A stretch of DNA of 64,000 bases from Octopus sinensis (Eukaryota), in assembly GCF_006345805.1 (NCBI RefSeq), contig NC_042999.1, positions 9,114,001-9,178,000 of the forward strand, read 5' to 3'. The notes beneath the pieces are model-generated. The model saw only the letters and a program-made list of their open reading frames with translations. It did not search any database and was not told the DNA's origin. Position numbers and translations under genes: made by a program. The first letter of the stretch is position 1. Every line of letters starts with the position of its first letter. Shown here piece by piece: positions 40,695 to 54,422 of this stretch.

Positions 40695-40835
40695 CTTGCC
40701 GAAAAACCCCTGTTGGAGGCGATAAAGATTACCCTGGGAGACCGCTATACCGAAAACATGGACATTATTTATAAACTGGTTATTAGGTTTCTGCTAACAG
40801 AAATAACGAAAGCTTGTAGAAACGATGTGTCCTGA
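40695..40835 (+). CDS. Globin terminal coding exon (helices G7-H, stop)
   Basis: Long T/C tract then ccAG (40693-40694). Phase-0 frame LAEKPLLEAIKITLGDRYTENMDIIYKLVIRFLLTEITKACRNDVS* with TGA at 40833-40835. It continues the 8417-8648 exon in frame and is absent from the supplied ORF track. Confidence 0.9.
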   Translation, partial: LAEKPLLEAIKITLGDRYTENMDIIYKLVIRFLLTEITKACRNDVS

Positions 40836-40983
40836 TGCCAGGTTTGAGCGGAATTATTGATTGGTGTGCCAAACCAAAATCTCTCACGCCAAGTAAGATT
40901 GTATAGTTTTGATCTAGTGGCCTAGATATCGTCGTCATAAGAAGAAAGAATATGCCCCTCCCCCATAACAAAATTAAAGCACA

Positions 40984-40989
40984 AATAAA
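40984..40989 (+). promoter_or_regulatory. Candidate polyadenylation signal of the globin gene
   Basis: First AATAAA about 150 nt after the stop codon. The AT-rich context makes it weak evidence. Confidence 0.3.
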
Positions 40990-41132
40990 ATTACATAAAA
41001 ACGAAAACAAAAAATTTTCAAAAAAATAATACAAAAAATAATTTTAAATCATGCCAGTTTTTAAATTCTGCAAACGAAAACTGTATCTAATGGAATCATC
41101 AGTTTTAATTGCATACTGTAATTATACTTATA

Positions 41133-41169
<37 letters not shown>

Positions 41170-41512
41170 TTTTCTTTTCAAATTTCCATTCGACTACAAC
41201 CAACTGAAGCGGAAACAAACGGTAGGGGTCTCTAATGAATAATGAAAAAACAAAAAATAAGCTGAAGACATTTTAATATAGAAACCTGCTGGAGAGGATC
41301 ACCGTTGACAGTTGGCGTTGATTTATTTATTTAGATATTTATTTCTTTATTTAATTTGTTCTTTTTGTCAGAGCCTAAGTAAGGCCCAGGTTTAATATTT
41401 TATTGTAACACACTCACCGTGAATTACTATTGTTATTATTTGTAAATCTGTTCCCCTTTTTAAAATTGTTATCATTTCTTTTACTTTTTATCGCATTATT
41501 TTGATCACTTAG

Positions 41513-41601
<89 letters not shown>

Positions 41602-41797
41602 TTCTCTTTCTCTCTCTCTCTCTTTCTCTCTCTCTCTTTCTCTGTCTCTCCGTTCTCCTCATCTGTTCTTTTGATGTCCTCTTCTCTATGTGAACGAAGC
41701 ATTTCTCTTGTTCTTTTTCAAACTATTTTGTAAATTATGCAGGAAATAAATGTTTCACAGACATTTTGTTATTTCTTGATATATAATTGTTGCTGTT

Positions 41798-42025
41798 GGT
41801 GGCGAGCTGGCCGAACCGTTAGCATGCCAGGCGATATGCATAGCCGTATTTCGTCTGCCGCTACATTCTGAGTTCAAACTCCGCCGAGGTCGACTTTGCC
41901 TTTCATCCTTTCGGGGTCGATAAATTAAGTACCAGTCACGCACTGGGGTCGATGTAATCGACTTAATCCGTTTGTCTGTCCTTGTTTGTCCTCTCTATGT
42001 TTAGTCCCTTGTGGGTAATAAAAAA
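41798..42025 (+). mobile_element. SINE family C
   Basis: Monomer with TSD atataattgttgctgt. Confidence 0.85.
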
Positions 42026-42675
42026 CAAATATAATTGTTGCTGTGTTTTAACAAATTCTGTGCAAATAAGCGTATCGTCTCCTTTCAAATGAAAAATATA
42101 TCAATTCGCAATCTCTTTCAGAAGAATCAAATATGGTGGTAAGATACTCGAAGACCAAGAGGTCGCAGAGATCGAGGAATAAGCTACTGTATTATGGTAA
42201 CGTTGCAACGGAATCACAAAGCAGGATCCATCAAATTTGGCGACAGTTTAAAGAAGCTTATAGTTTTGGTATTCGTTTCAGCTATATAGGGGAAAGAAAA
42301 CAACCAAGTCAAATCTTCATGTTATTGTTTTCAAATTTTGCTTCAAAGCCAGTAATTTCGGGGGCAAGTTGATAATCGATTACATCGACCCCAGTACTAC
42401 TAAAATGGTATTTATTCCATTGACTGCTAAATGATAACAAGCAAATTTGACCGCCGTGGAATTTGAACGCAGAAAAGAGGAAGAACTGTACTGCTACTAA
42501 TGTACTATTGAGTAAATAACTGGCACTCTGTCGGTTACGACAATCTGCGATATAGTTAATCCGATGAACGGAATAGTCTGCTCTTGAAATTAATGTACGC
42601 GTGCCTAAGCGCCCCACAGACAACCAGGGACATTCAGCCTCACAAAGTATGTGACAAAGCTTGTCGCTTTGAATT

Positions 42676-42734
<59 letters not shown>

Positions 42735-43372
42735 CACACACACTGGAGGTGAACACCTTTTTCCATGTGATCGGCTTGAAAAATTTTTAAGATGCTAGAA
42801 TATTCTCCTATACTTTCTAACATGAAACCAATGGTAGCCTTAATTCACAACTAAAGTAATTTCATATCTACCAATGTGGTGTTGAACTCTAATTTCATCG
42901 TTCGACATTTACGTATCAAAGCTTATGTGTACACGAGAACACATACACACACCCTCGCGCACACTCAGACACACACATATACATGCGTGGGTATGGACGT
43001 TCGTTCATGCGTGCGTATGTGTGTGTGAGCGCGTGAATTTATGTTTATCTTGAATAAGAAGAAGCACGAGGCTGGTGTAGATATGGAAAAAATTAAAAGG
43101 CGAACAGCTGCAAATACTATATTTAAAATAAAAATTTATATTAATTAATTTATTTATAGAAATTAATTACATAAATTGATATTAATATAAATTTATATTA
43201 ATATATTACTACAGTTACAACTCATTTTTGCTTGCTGAATGGACCGAGCCAACATGAAACAAAGTGCGTTGCTCAAGGACACAACACGCTGTCGCAAATT
43301 GAACTCATGACATTTCGTGACCTGACTACCAGAAACACTGAGCCACTCGTCATCACATTACTGCGAATGTGA

Positions 43373-43773
43373 AAGGCGGCGAGCTGGCAGAAACGTTAGC
43401 ACACCGGGCGAAATGCTTTGTGGTATTTCGTCCGCCGCTGTGTTCTGAGTTCAAATTCCGCTGAGGTCGACTTCGCCTTTCATCCTTTCGGGGTCGATAA
43501 ATTAAGCACCAGTTACGCACTGGGGTCGATATAATCGACTTAATCCGTTTGTCTGTCCTTGTTTGTCCCCTCAGTATGTAGCCCCCTGTGGGCAGTAAAG
43601 AAATAGGTATTTCATCCGTGTTTGTGTTCTGAGTTCAAATTTCGCTGAGGTCGACTTTGCCTTTCATCCTTTCAGGGTCGATAAATTAAGTACCAATTGT
43701 GTACTGGGGTCTATCCAATCGACTAGCCTCCTCCACCAAAATTTCGGGCCTTGTGCCTAGAGTAGAAAATATT
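43373..43773 (+). mobile_element. SINE family C dimer
   Basis: Head+core+tail A, then a restart at ggtatttc with core+tail B. Confidence 0.85.
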
Positions 43774-44099
43774 CCTGCGAATATGATGACGTAATAAGCA
43801 TGCGTCTCCAAAATGTTACAACACTCGTCACACACATGTGATCAGCCTGCTAGCAAATGCTGGTAAACAAAGAGGTTTCTCAATAATAAATATTACCTAA
43901 TATTAATAAAACAGCTGATGATTGTCTAACAAAAATGAAATTTAATTATTTACTAAGATTTAGTTTTATAATACTTTGATATGAGGAAAGTACCTGTGCG
44001 TGTAGGAAAACTCGCCCATTTTTAAATTAAATCATTGAGATTTGATATTCCGTTGCTCCCACAATTCATAGCACAGCGGCAAGTACTGACTGATCTCCA

Positions 44100-44132
<33 letters not shown>

Positions 44133-44135
44133 AAA

Positions 44136-44456
44136 GTGAGGGCGCGTGGCTTAGTGGTTAGGGCATTCGGCTCATGATCGTAAGGTTGTGAGTTCGATTC
44201 CCGGCGACGCGTTGTGTCCTTGAGCAAGACACTTTATTTCACGTTGCTCCAGTCCACTCAGCTGGCAAAAATGAGTTGTACTTGTATTTCAAAGGGTCAG
44301 CCTTGTCACTCTCTGTGTCACGCTGATTATCTCCGAGAACTACGTTAAGGGTACACGTGTCTGTGGAATGCTCAGCCATTTGCACGTTAATTTCACGAGC
44401 AAGCTGTTCCGTTGATCGTATCAGTTGGGACCCTCGTCGTCGTAACCGGCGGAGTC
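44136..44456 (+). mobile_element. SINE family B' (different tRNA head, same 3' half as family B)
   Basis: A box tggcttagtgg, B box gttcgattcc, gtgtccttgagcaagacactt. From tgtatttcaaaggg onward it matches family B. Confidence 0.85.
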
Positions 44457-44707
44457 TTTAATATATATATATATATATAGGTATAGATAGAGAGATAGAG
44501 AGAGAAAGAAAGAAAGAAAGAAAGAAGGAAAGAAAGAGAGAGAACAGGAGGAGAAATGTGGGATGGAGTATCGGTGAAGTGGTCACAGGAAGTGTGACGA
44601 AAGATTTTACGCAATGGCACTAAAATAAGAATAATAATAACGCTGAAGTGAAGGCCAAGTGCGTGTGGTCAACTGGCAAACATATTATCATCCAGAAATA
44701 TCACAAC

Positions 44708-44752
<45 letters not shown>

Positions 44753-44793
44753 AGTGTGTGAGTGTATATGAATATATAAAACTTAATATATTT

Positions 44794-44824
<31 letters not shown>

Positions 44825-44900
44825 AACATATATATATATATATGCGTGGGTAATTGTGTTTGCCCATGCGTGTGTGATTGTGCGCACTTGAGAGCATGTG

Positions 44901-44931
<31 letters not shown>

Positions 44932-45167
44932 TGGATATATTGAATGAGAAAAACCACGAAGCTGGAGTAGATATGAAAAAAAAAAGTAAAAAGCTGAACA
45001 TCTGCAACCATTTTATATCAATATATTTCAAACGAAAATCAAAGTGATTTCCTGTGTCACACGTTATTAAAACCCGTTATCTCAACTGTAAAACTTATGC
45101 ATTTTTAAACAAGCGTCTACCGATCATAAAATCAAATCTATCTCAATGTATGCTTTATGGCGAAATT

Positions 45168-45332
45168 AGTTAAATCAGACAGAATGGCGGTACATTTGTG
45201 GGGGTTTTTCGTTTTGTTGAAATGGTAAACTAGATTAGTCTGTACATTATTTACATTATCTATATTTGAGGGATCTTTGTCCTCATCTAGTTTGTTGTTA
45301 ACCAGGATTCCGAGTTCGATTCCAAGAAGTGG

Positions 45333-45388
<56 letters not shown>

Positions 45389-45442
45389 TAATAATAATAA
45401 TGATGATGATAATAACAATAACAGCATATATACGCGCGCGCG

Positions 45443-45476
<34 letters not shown>

Positions 45477-45785
45477 GTGTGTGTGTGTGTGCAGTAATCC
45501 CTCAACTATCGCGAGTGCTACGTTCCAAAACCCCCGCGATAGGTGAACCGCAATATGGCGAGGGATTACTGACCTGGGTATCTAAGTGCACATTAACAGG
45601 ATGGCGATAAAGTGCAAACGAATGGCTGGATGGATTCTAAGAACGTTCAGTTAAATCAGGCAGAATGGCGGTACATTTGTGGGGGTTTTTCGTTTTGTTG
45701 AAATGGTAAACTAGATTAGTCTGTACATTATTTACATTATCTATATTTGAGGTATCTTTGTCCTCATTAAGTTTGTTGTTAACCA
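45168..45785 (+). repeat. 137-bp direct duplication (45168-45304 and 45649-45785)
   Basis: The two copies differ at only a few positions. Confidence 0.9.
45492..45571. mobile_element. 80-bp MITE with pogo/Tigger-like ends
   Basis: TIR cagtaatccctc ... gagggattactg. Confidence 0.65.
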
Positions 45786-45789
45786 CTTC

Positions 45790-46160
45790 GGCATAAGGCG
45801 ACAGAAGAAGATGCAGCTTTGTTTTGAAGACACCTACATCCACAACATATAGGTCCCTTAGATATTTTGGAAGGTCCTTGAATCCCACGCTGTTGCAGTA
45901 ACTGATTCTGTATTTTTCTGGTGATGCTGGAATCTTTAACACTATGCAGTGGCGCCCCGTTCTACTGTTTGGGAAACTTTCAACATGAAAGTTTGCTACA
46001 AGGCCTTCCAGAATTTTCCAGATGTATATCACTGCATATCTATCCCACCTCTGTTCTTAGGAACAGAACTTAAGCTATTCAGTCTTCCCTAGTAGCTGAT
46101 ACGTTGCCTTGATACGATTTTCTATGTGTATCTTCGTTGGATTGCATCGAGTCCCCTCAG
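45790..46160 (-). mobile_element. Degraded CR1/L2-group LINE 3' coding fragment
   Basis: LDAIQRRYT..RWDRYAVIYIWKILEGLV..LPKYLR..FKTKL. Confidence 0.65.
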
Positions 46161-46246
46161 TGTCTCTGTTTCGCTCGTTTTGAATGTTCGAAGGATCCAT
46201 CCAGCTAGCTTTCTTCATTTTATTATCAAATTAGTGATATATACAT

Positions 46247-46281
<35 letters not shown>

Positions 46282-46286
46282 ATATA

Positions 46287-46340
<54 letters not shown>

Positions 46341-46375
46341 ATACATACATATATATATACATATATATATAACAT

Positions 46376-46430
<55 letters not shown>

Positions 46431-47431
46431 TTATGCAGAAAATAAAGTAACTCTGGAAGGCAGACTAGTGATGAAAACAGCTTAGAAAATTGGGAAATAC
46501 CCTTAGAAGGTAGAGAAAACATGTGTAGCAATCTGCTACACAGAAACGAACCCCGCACATTTCAAATTCCGTCTGGGCGATCTATACGTTTAACTTAAGA
46601 ACCCCTCACAGCAAATACCGTCTTTTTGTGACGCATGTGTTCCGGAATTCGGAATTCCTTTACTTCCTGTAGAATATCAACTCACTTGGCGCTTCTAAGT
46701 TTGTTTATAAAATGACTTCTCAGATACACACGCACACACACACACTCACACACACACATATACACATACACATCTATATATATATACATACGTACGTGTG
46801 TGTATGTGTGTGTGTGTGTGTATACTCACCCAGTATGTGCAACGGAAGCCGTATTAGGTTAAAATAGCAATCGGAGCACCGTACCAAAATTAGCTGCGGT
46901 ATTCGTCCAGAGATAATATGTCTGATGGACGCATTATATTGAATATAACATAAACATAACAGAGGCAGAGGAAAATTACCAGCAACGAAGACGGCAATGC
47001 TATTTTAATCTGATACACATTATCACAGACATATGTTACAAATATAGGAACAAAAACTGATGTCTGTGTGGCTAGATTAATGACTTCGGAAGAGTTAATT
47101 TGGAAGCCATATCTATAATCAGTCCTAGAGCATTCAAATTTTTGAGGTTCTCTATAAGGACCACGATGAAGGTTTCATTTGCGAACTCTGTTTTTATATA
47201 GAGGGACATCGATTAAACCTGATATTTGAAATTTTAGGCGAGGAAATCATGTTACTGGGCCAAAAGCTGAGGTGGAGTCAATGTTTACAAGGTTTCAACT
47301 GTATGGTGTAGAAACCCTCAAGATTCTTGGCTATTTGAAATACAGACATTTTTTATTATGATGTGCCATTTTCTGGGTGCCTCCTTCACCAATCTAAACA
47401 TAAAGCATATCGTTCTCTCGTGGGATGTAAA

Positions 47432-47850
47432 AGGTGGCGAGCTGGCAGAAACGTTAGCACGCCGGGCAAAATGCTTAGCGGTATTTCGCCTGCCGTTACG
47501 TTCTGAGTTCAAATTCCGCCGAGGTCGACTTTGCCTTACATCCTTTCGGGATAGATAAATTAAGTACCAGTTACGCACTGGGGTCGATATAATCCACTTA
47601 ATCTGTTTGTCTGTCCTTGTTTGTCTTCTCTGTGTTTAGCCCCTTGTAGGTAGTAAAGAAATAGGTATTTCGTCTGCCGATACGTTCTGAGTTCAAATTC
47701 CACCGAGGTCGACTTTGCCTTTTATCCTTTCCGGGTCGATAAATTAAGTTCCAGTTACGCACTGGGGTCGATGTAATCGACTCAATCCCTTTGTCTGTCC
47801 TTGTTTGTCCCCTCTACGTTTAGCCCCTTCTGGGTAATAATGAAATAGGA
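47432..47850 (+). mobile_element. SINE family C dimer
   Basis: Two core+tail A units, flanked by gatgtaaa. Confidence 0.85.
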
Positions 47851-48244
47851 GATGTAAACGTCACCATTGTCTACTCAATCTCCAACGAACCTGAACCCCA
47901 CTCTTTATGGAGAATAAATCGCAGAAAGAGGCATTCATGATGACTGTTGTATAATGTCATCCATGTCAGGTTGGCATCGATACTTTTGGCAGAAGTATTT
48001 GTGCTTTCAACCAATGAATAAAGTTATCGTAGCGTCACTCTGATGGCAGTTTTAACAAACTTCAATATTCTCCGTAAACATTGTTCAAGTTTAAATTAAA
48101 CACTAGTTTCTATTTGTTTAGCGTTCTCCGCTCTTCACCAAACTGAATCCAAAGGAAATTCACTTTCATCAGTAAATATGTGAGTGTGTGTGTGTGTGTA
48201 TGTGTGTGTGTGTGTGTGTGTGTGTTTGTTTGTGTGTGTGTGTG

Positions 48245-48279
<35 letters not shown>

Positions 48280-48547
48280 TGTGTGTGTGTGTGTATACAC
48301 GTCGAGGAATAAACACCGCACGAAAAAAAATTCTAACTTTAATTGTTTGAAATAAATAGAATATTTTGAATTCAGTTAAAAGTTCTAAAATCCATTTATT
48401 ATTTGATCAAATAAGAGAAATTTCCCTCTTAACTGGAAAGATTCACACCGACGTGTTCAACATTATTGAATTAAATAAGAAATTGTTCGCGTTATCGATT
48501 TAATAAATGCTTTTAAAAGCATTAATATAAGAAAAGCGAATATATAG

Positions 48548-48850
48548 GCGCAGGAGTGAATGCGTGGTAAGTAGCTTGCTTACCAACCACATGGTTCCGG
48601 CTTCAGTCCCACTGCGCGGCACCATGAGCAAGTGTCTTCTACTATAGCTTCGGGCTGACCAAAGCCTTGTGTGTTTTTGTGTTTGCGTGTGTGTGTTTTT
48701 CCCCCCAACATCGCTTGGCAACCGATGCTGGTGCATTTACGTCCCCGGTTCGGCAAAAAGAGACAGAATAAGTCCTGGGGTTTATTTGCGCGACTAAAGG
48801 CGGTGCTCCAGCATGGCTGCAGTCAAATCACTGAAACGAATAAAAGAATA
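48548..48850 (+). mobile_element. SINE family A, internally deleted
   Basis: Both family ends are present. Confidence 0.8.
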
Positions 48851-48920
48851 TAAATATCAATGCATATACAAGAAGACTATGAATTGAATGCTTGTTACAA
48901 TCTGTACGACAAAAATTATG

Positions 48921-49226
48921 ATTTCTTTACTGCCCACAAGGGGCTACACACAGAGAAGACAAACAAGGAAACACAAATGGATTAAGTCGATTACATCGCC
49001 TCCAGTGCGTAACTGGTACTTAATTTATCGACCCCGAAAGGATGAAAGGCAAAGTTGACCTCGTCGGAATTTGAACTCAGAACGTAGCGGCTGACGAAAT
49101 ACCTATTTCTTTATTACTCACAAGGGGCTAAACGTAGAGGGGACAAACAAGGACAGACATAGGTATGACGAAATACCGCTAAGCATTTCGCCTGGCGTGC
49201 TAACGTTTCTGCCAGCTCGCCGCCTT
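48921..49226 (-). mobile_element. SINE family C
   Basis: Flanked by TSD tgtacgacaaaa(a)ttatg. Confidence 0.85.
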
Positions 49227-49384
49227 TGTACGACAAAATTATGTTAGCACTTCTCCGTCATCAGGGAACGTATTCTTGCACTGAAGGATATTTTAAATAA
49301 CATATCGCCACGACCCCATAATCGCTGCTAGAACACAAACTGACGCACAAATTTGCTTACACTGCAAGAGTAATATAATTTGAA

Positions 49385-49771
49385 TGGAGGCGCAATGGTC
49401 CAGTGGTTAGGGCAGCGGACTCGCGGTCATAGGATCGCGGTTTCGATTCCCAGACCGGGCGTTGTGAGTGTTTATTGAGCGAAAACACCAAAAAGCTCCA
49501 CGAGGCTCCGGCAGGGGATGGTGGTGATCCCTGTTGTACTCTTTCACCACAACTTTCTCTCACTTTTACTTCCTGTTTCTGTTGTACCTGTATTTCAAAG
49601 GGCCGGCCTTGTCACTCTCTGTGTCACGCTGAATATCCCCGAGAACTACGTTAAGGGTGCACATGTCTGCGGATGCTCAGCCACTTACACGTTAATTTCA
49701 CGAGCAGGCTGTTCCGTTGATTCGGATCAACCGGAACACTCGTCGTCGTAACCGACGGAGTGCTTCCATCC
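49385..49771 (+). mobile_element. SINE family B
   Basis: Full copy. 12-bp TSD aatataatttga at 49372-49383 and 49772-49783. Confidence 0.9.
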
Positions 49772-51490
49772 AATATAATTTGACCAAGATTTTGGGGAAA
49801 CAACTCCCAAAAATTTCAATTACCAGCTGAATCAGATGAACATTTCACAGCATTTTACCTGACCGTTGAAGTTCCCGGCAAATCATCTGAATAGAATATT
49901 ATTTAACTTTCCTGCCTCTCAACGTCTTACTTGGACTGTGACCATGCTGGGGCACCACTGAAAGACAGATGTTTGTTTATAGAATCAGTGCAGGGTTGGT
50001 GTGTGATGTCCAGAATGCATGGATGATACATGATTTGACCAAGCTATGCATAATAATGAATGTTGTTTAATGTGATGGCAAGTATTCATTGCCGGAGGAA
50101 GACTCAGTAGATTCATCCTTAACATGATAACAAGATTTATAAATGTTTCTAAAACTGACGACTCTCTTATTAAACAGCCATGAGTTGTCAGAAGTGTTTC
50201 CAATATGATAATGGAGCCAAAAGCTGGAAGCTGGCAAAATCATTAATATGTCGGACGAAATGCTTAGCAGCATTTCGTCCGTCTTTGCCTTTTGAGTTCA
50301 AAAGCCGCCGACGTCGACTTTGCCTTCCATCCTATCGAGGTCGATAAAAAAAGTACCATTCAAGTATTGGCATCGGTGTAATCGACTTGCTCCTCCCCTC
50401 AAAACCTGAGGGGCTGGTTCTAAAACTTGAGACCAATATTTTAAGGGAGCCAGTTATGAAAGAATTAGCATACTTTACACGTTGGTCTTATACTAAACTG
50501 AGCTTTATTCTCAACTTAGAGACACTCTCAACAAATCCTACTGATTCTACTTAATACTTATTTCCTCGTTAGCGTAATATCTTGTATTTAAAAGTCACTA
50601 CTGAAACCTAATTGTTTGCCAAGTTTATATTTTTAGATCCTCCCCTGCCAATGTTTATCGTAGCCCTCATCACGTCTCTATTATTTCATTGTATAAGCTA
50701 GTTACTGGTGACTGCTCCATGGGGAATGTTGCATTGCGTAAAATGAGAAAAAGTAACCACGCGAAATATAAGAAAAAAAACCAATTACTTTCTTATCTAG
50801 TAACCTTGTTAATACCCTGTTTAAATATGATATGGCCTGCTCTTTACGGTTGCTCCTTATCTATTGCGTAAAAAGTTTCCAAATTAAGATTGGCTGAGCA
50901 GATGTACAACAAGCTACTCTGCAAAGATCTTCCACTATTGAAACGTATACTAACGAACCAAAGAAGCGGCCACCATGCGGTCTCTAACCTGCTAGAAACA
51001 ACAGCCACATGTTATTCTAAAAGACTCTACTAGCTTAAAAGCAGCAATGAATGTGCTGTTGCTGATCAATAGGAACAATCAAGAATGGAATGCATTTATT
51101 GTTTCTTCGATAAAGAGTATTTCTGGTGTTAACAACCACAACAACAACAAGAAGCGTTCGATCCTCGGTCGCATTGACTGCTGACATAAAATTATTGATG
51201 TTGTTTACACAAAGATCGCCAAACTTAAATGTGCAAATCTAGTTACAAAATATACCAACTATGGCCTTCCTTTATATTAGAGGCAGCAAAAGCTAGATTA
51301 TTCAATGTGTCTTCTCCGTTTTAAAATTGCGCTGTTTGATTCGAGAACTACCTGGCTGCTATTTTCAGCAGGTCCAGTTATATTTTGTACCTCATCAGGT
51401 CTATTTAACCCTGTAAGATGTCTCTCCTCTCGTTCGTTAAATAAAATTGATATCTTAGATTAGCACAAGGTATCAAATATGGAGGGAGGA

Positions 51491-51728
51491 AGGCGGCGAG
51501 CTGGCAGAAACGTTTAGAGCGCCGGTCAAAATGCTTAGCAGTATTTCGTCTGCCATTACGTTCTGAGTTCAAATTCCGCCGAGGTCGACTTCGCCTTTCA
51601 TCCTTTCGGAGTCGATAAATTAAGTACCAGTTACGCACTGGGGTCGATGTAATCGACTTAATCCGTTTGTCTGTCCTTGTTTGTCCCCTCTGTGTTTAGC
51701 CCCTGATGGGTAGTAAAGAAATAGGTAT
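51491..51728 (+). mobile_element. SINE family C monomer
   Basis: Direct repeat aggtatcaaatatggagggagga at 51468-51490 and 51723-51745. Confidence 0.9.
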
Positions 51729-52678
51729 CAAATATGGAGGGAGGATTGTTAGTTAATCCTTTATCCTATATATATTTATCGACTAGGTGGGGTGAGACCT
51801 AACACTGTTATCCAGGCTTAATAAGTCTATGTCTTTTTCTCTCTTGTTTTTGCAACTCTTTAGTTCTTATCTATAATATCTTACAAGTAAACATTTTGCG
51901 AAAGCAGCCCCGCATTTGACTTCTACTCGTCGATCTGAAATCAGGATACGCGTTGATCAAATTTAAAAATACCTTTATGAACATCATTTCTAATTTGGAG
52001 CAAATTTAAATACTTTGTATGTGGTCATGTTTTTGTATTCGTGAGTGCAAGAATACTGTTTTCAAATTTTGAATAAGCCTAGCAATTTCGGTGGGTATGG
52101 AATCGAATGCATCGACCCCAGTGCTGAGCTAGTTTTTTATTTCATCGACCCCGAAAGGATGAAAGGCAAAGTCGACCACGGCAGAATTTGAACTCAGAAC
52201 GTAAAGAAAATTAAATGCTGCTCTACATTTTGCCCGGCGTGCTAACGATTCTACTAACTCGCCGCCTTTGTGAGCAGGAATATCGAAGGGGACAAACAAG
52301 TAAGCAGACACAGGAGACAGTAAAACGAGGAAAACACAAACTAAAGATGGAACATTTCAATCGGAAGGTAAATATATTTTGTACATGATTTATTATGTAG
52401 AAGACCGGGAGTTGCAAATTTATGGATGATTCCATTCTCCTTGGCACCCATTGTGTCCGAGAGAAGGACAAGACGATCACTGTGAAGTCTTCGATTTAAT
52501 GTCTTACAAATTTTGGTGTGATAGCACAAAGAACCGGAACAGTTTATCGCCCGACGCTCTAAAATTCCTGCCAACCCAAGCTCTATAATAATATTTTTTT
52601 AACGATTTCGAAAAGATACCAAGGAAATCGACCTCAATTGGGTTTGAACTCATAGCACAGGGAGTTGGTATATATATA

Positions 52679-52890
52679 CAGGGTGACCCAAAGTAGGTTT
52701 ACAGTTATTTGACTTTCTCTTTCGCATTCATATATTAACTGTTTAGATCTTAATTATAAAAGAAATATGAAACCATTATTCTATGCTAATTCAGTTAATT
52801 GTAAGATAGAAATTTAAACATAATGAAATATTTTAAAAGAAGTTTAAAGTGCCTACGAGACAACTGTAAACCTACTTTTGGGCCACCCTG
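52679..52890. mobile_element. Tc1/mariner-type MITE (212 bp)
   Basis: ~28-bp TIRs cagggtgacccaaagtaggtttacagtt / aactgtaaacctacttttgggccaccctg, with TA on both flanks. Confidence 0.85.
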
Positions 52891-53504
52891 TATACACCAT
52901 AAGAAAACAGCAAGTGAATAGACTCGTTACGCACCGAGCAAATTGCATAATGGTATTTCGTTTATTCTTTTACGTTCCGAGTTCAAATTCTGTAGAGGCC
53001 GATTGCTTTTCATTCTTTCGGGATCGTTAAAAGAAGTACCAGTTGAACCCTGGGCTTGATGTAATCGAAGTACATCCTCCCCTAGCATCATAAGCCTTGT
53101 GCCAAAATTTGAAATCAATATACACCCTAAATTATTTCATTCAAAGATCTGTTGCCTCTTCCAGTTCGTCCTCTTAGGAAAGAGGTGCAATGCATTTCAT
53201 TGGTTTTGAAGGCTGTAAGTCTGAAAAAGAAAGTCAATCTGGACTGAGATTTGAATTCAGTTCATACGCAGATATACATCTCCCGCTCTTCCCAACAACG
53301 AGAATACTTATATTTTCAAACTTTAAATGAAACACTTTCAGTCTTATTTATTACATTTCTGTTTTGAGGATCAAAAATTATTTAATTATCGATTAATTTT
53401 TCATCAGTCTCGTAGAAGTGGAATCAACGGTGTGGAACGTGCAATTTTTTTCTGGAATATTAAAAGACTTAAGTACAGGTATACATTAAATAACACGAGG
53501 AAAC

Positions 53505-53513
53505 AGTGTGTGT

Positions 53514-53581
<68 letters not shown>

Positions 53582-53781
53582 GTGTGTGTATATGTATGTG
53601 TATATGTATATATATATATGTGTGTATATGTATATAATGTGTGTATATATGTATATATATGTGTGTATATGTATATATAATGTGTGTATATGTATATATA
53701 TGTGTGTATATGTATATATATGTGTGTATGTACGTATATATGTATATATATATTATATATATATCTATATATATATGTATG

Positions 53782-53818
<37 letters not shown>

Positions 53819-53854
53819 GTGTGTATATATGTATGTGTATATGTATATATAAGA

Positions 53855-53914
<60 letters not shown>

Positions 53915-54005
53915 GTGAATATATATGTGTGTGTGTGTGTGTATATATATACATGTATATATATATCCGCATATATATATGTATATACACATATCTACAT
54001 ATATT
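53505..54005. repeat. (TA)n/(TG)n compound tract
   Basis: Seen directly. Confidence 0.95.
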
Positions 54006-54422
54006 AGTAGATATCAAAAGAAAAACCAATAAACCTGTTTGATGTATTGAGTCTGATATTCCAGGTGCTTACCGCACTCATCGGTGCAGTGAAAGTATTT
54101 ATAGGCAAAGGCTATTTATAGCAAATCGGTTTAGCATTATACACGCCACAAGAGATTAATGTGTTATCGTTTTGTTAAAACCGAAAGAAAGAATTATTGG
54201 TTCAGTGAGAAATATTCTCGCAAGAGTAACTGTTAAAGACTTGTATTTAACTCGTTCACTCCTCGGAAATGGCGTTGGTAGATGTTCTTGTTGTGTTATT
54301 ATATGCAATGCTGTAATGTAATACGAAAGCTTATAGCAACAACACCAGAATAATGACAATGTGTTTTATATAAGCGTTATATATGCTTGTGTCTACCTGC
54401 GTCCATATATATTTACGCAGAA

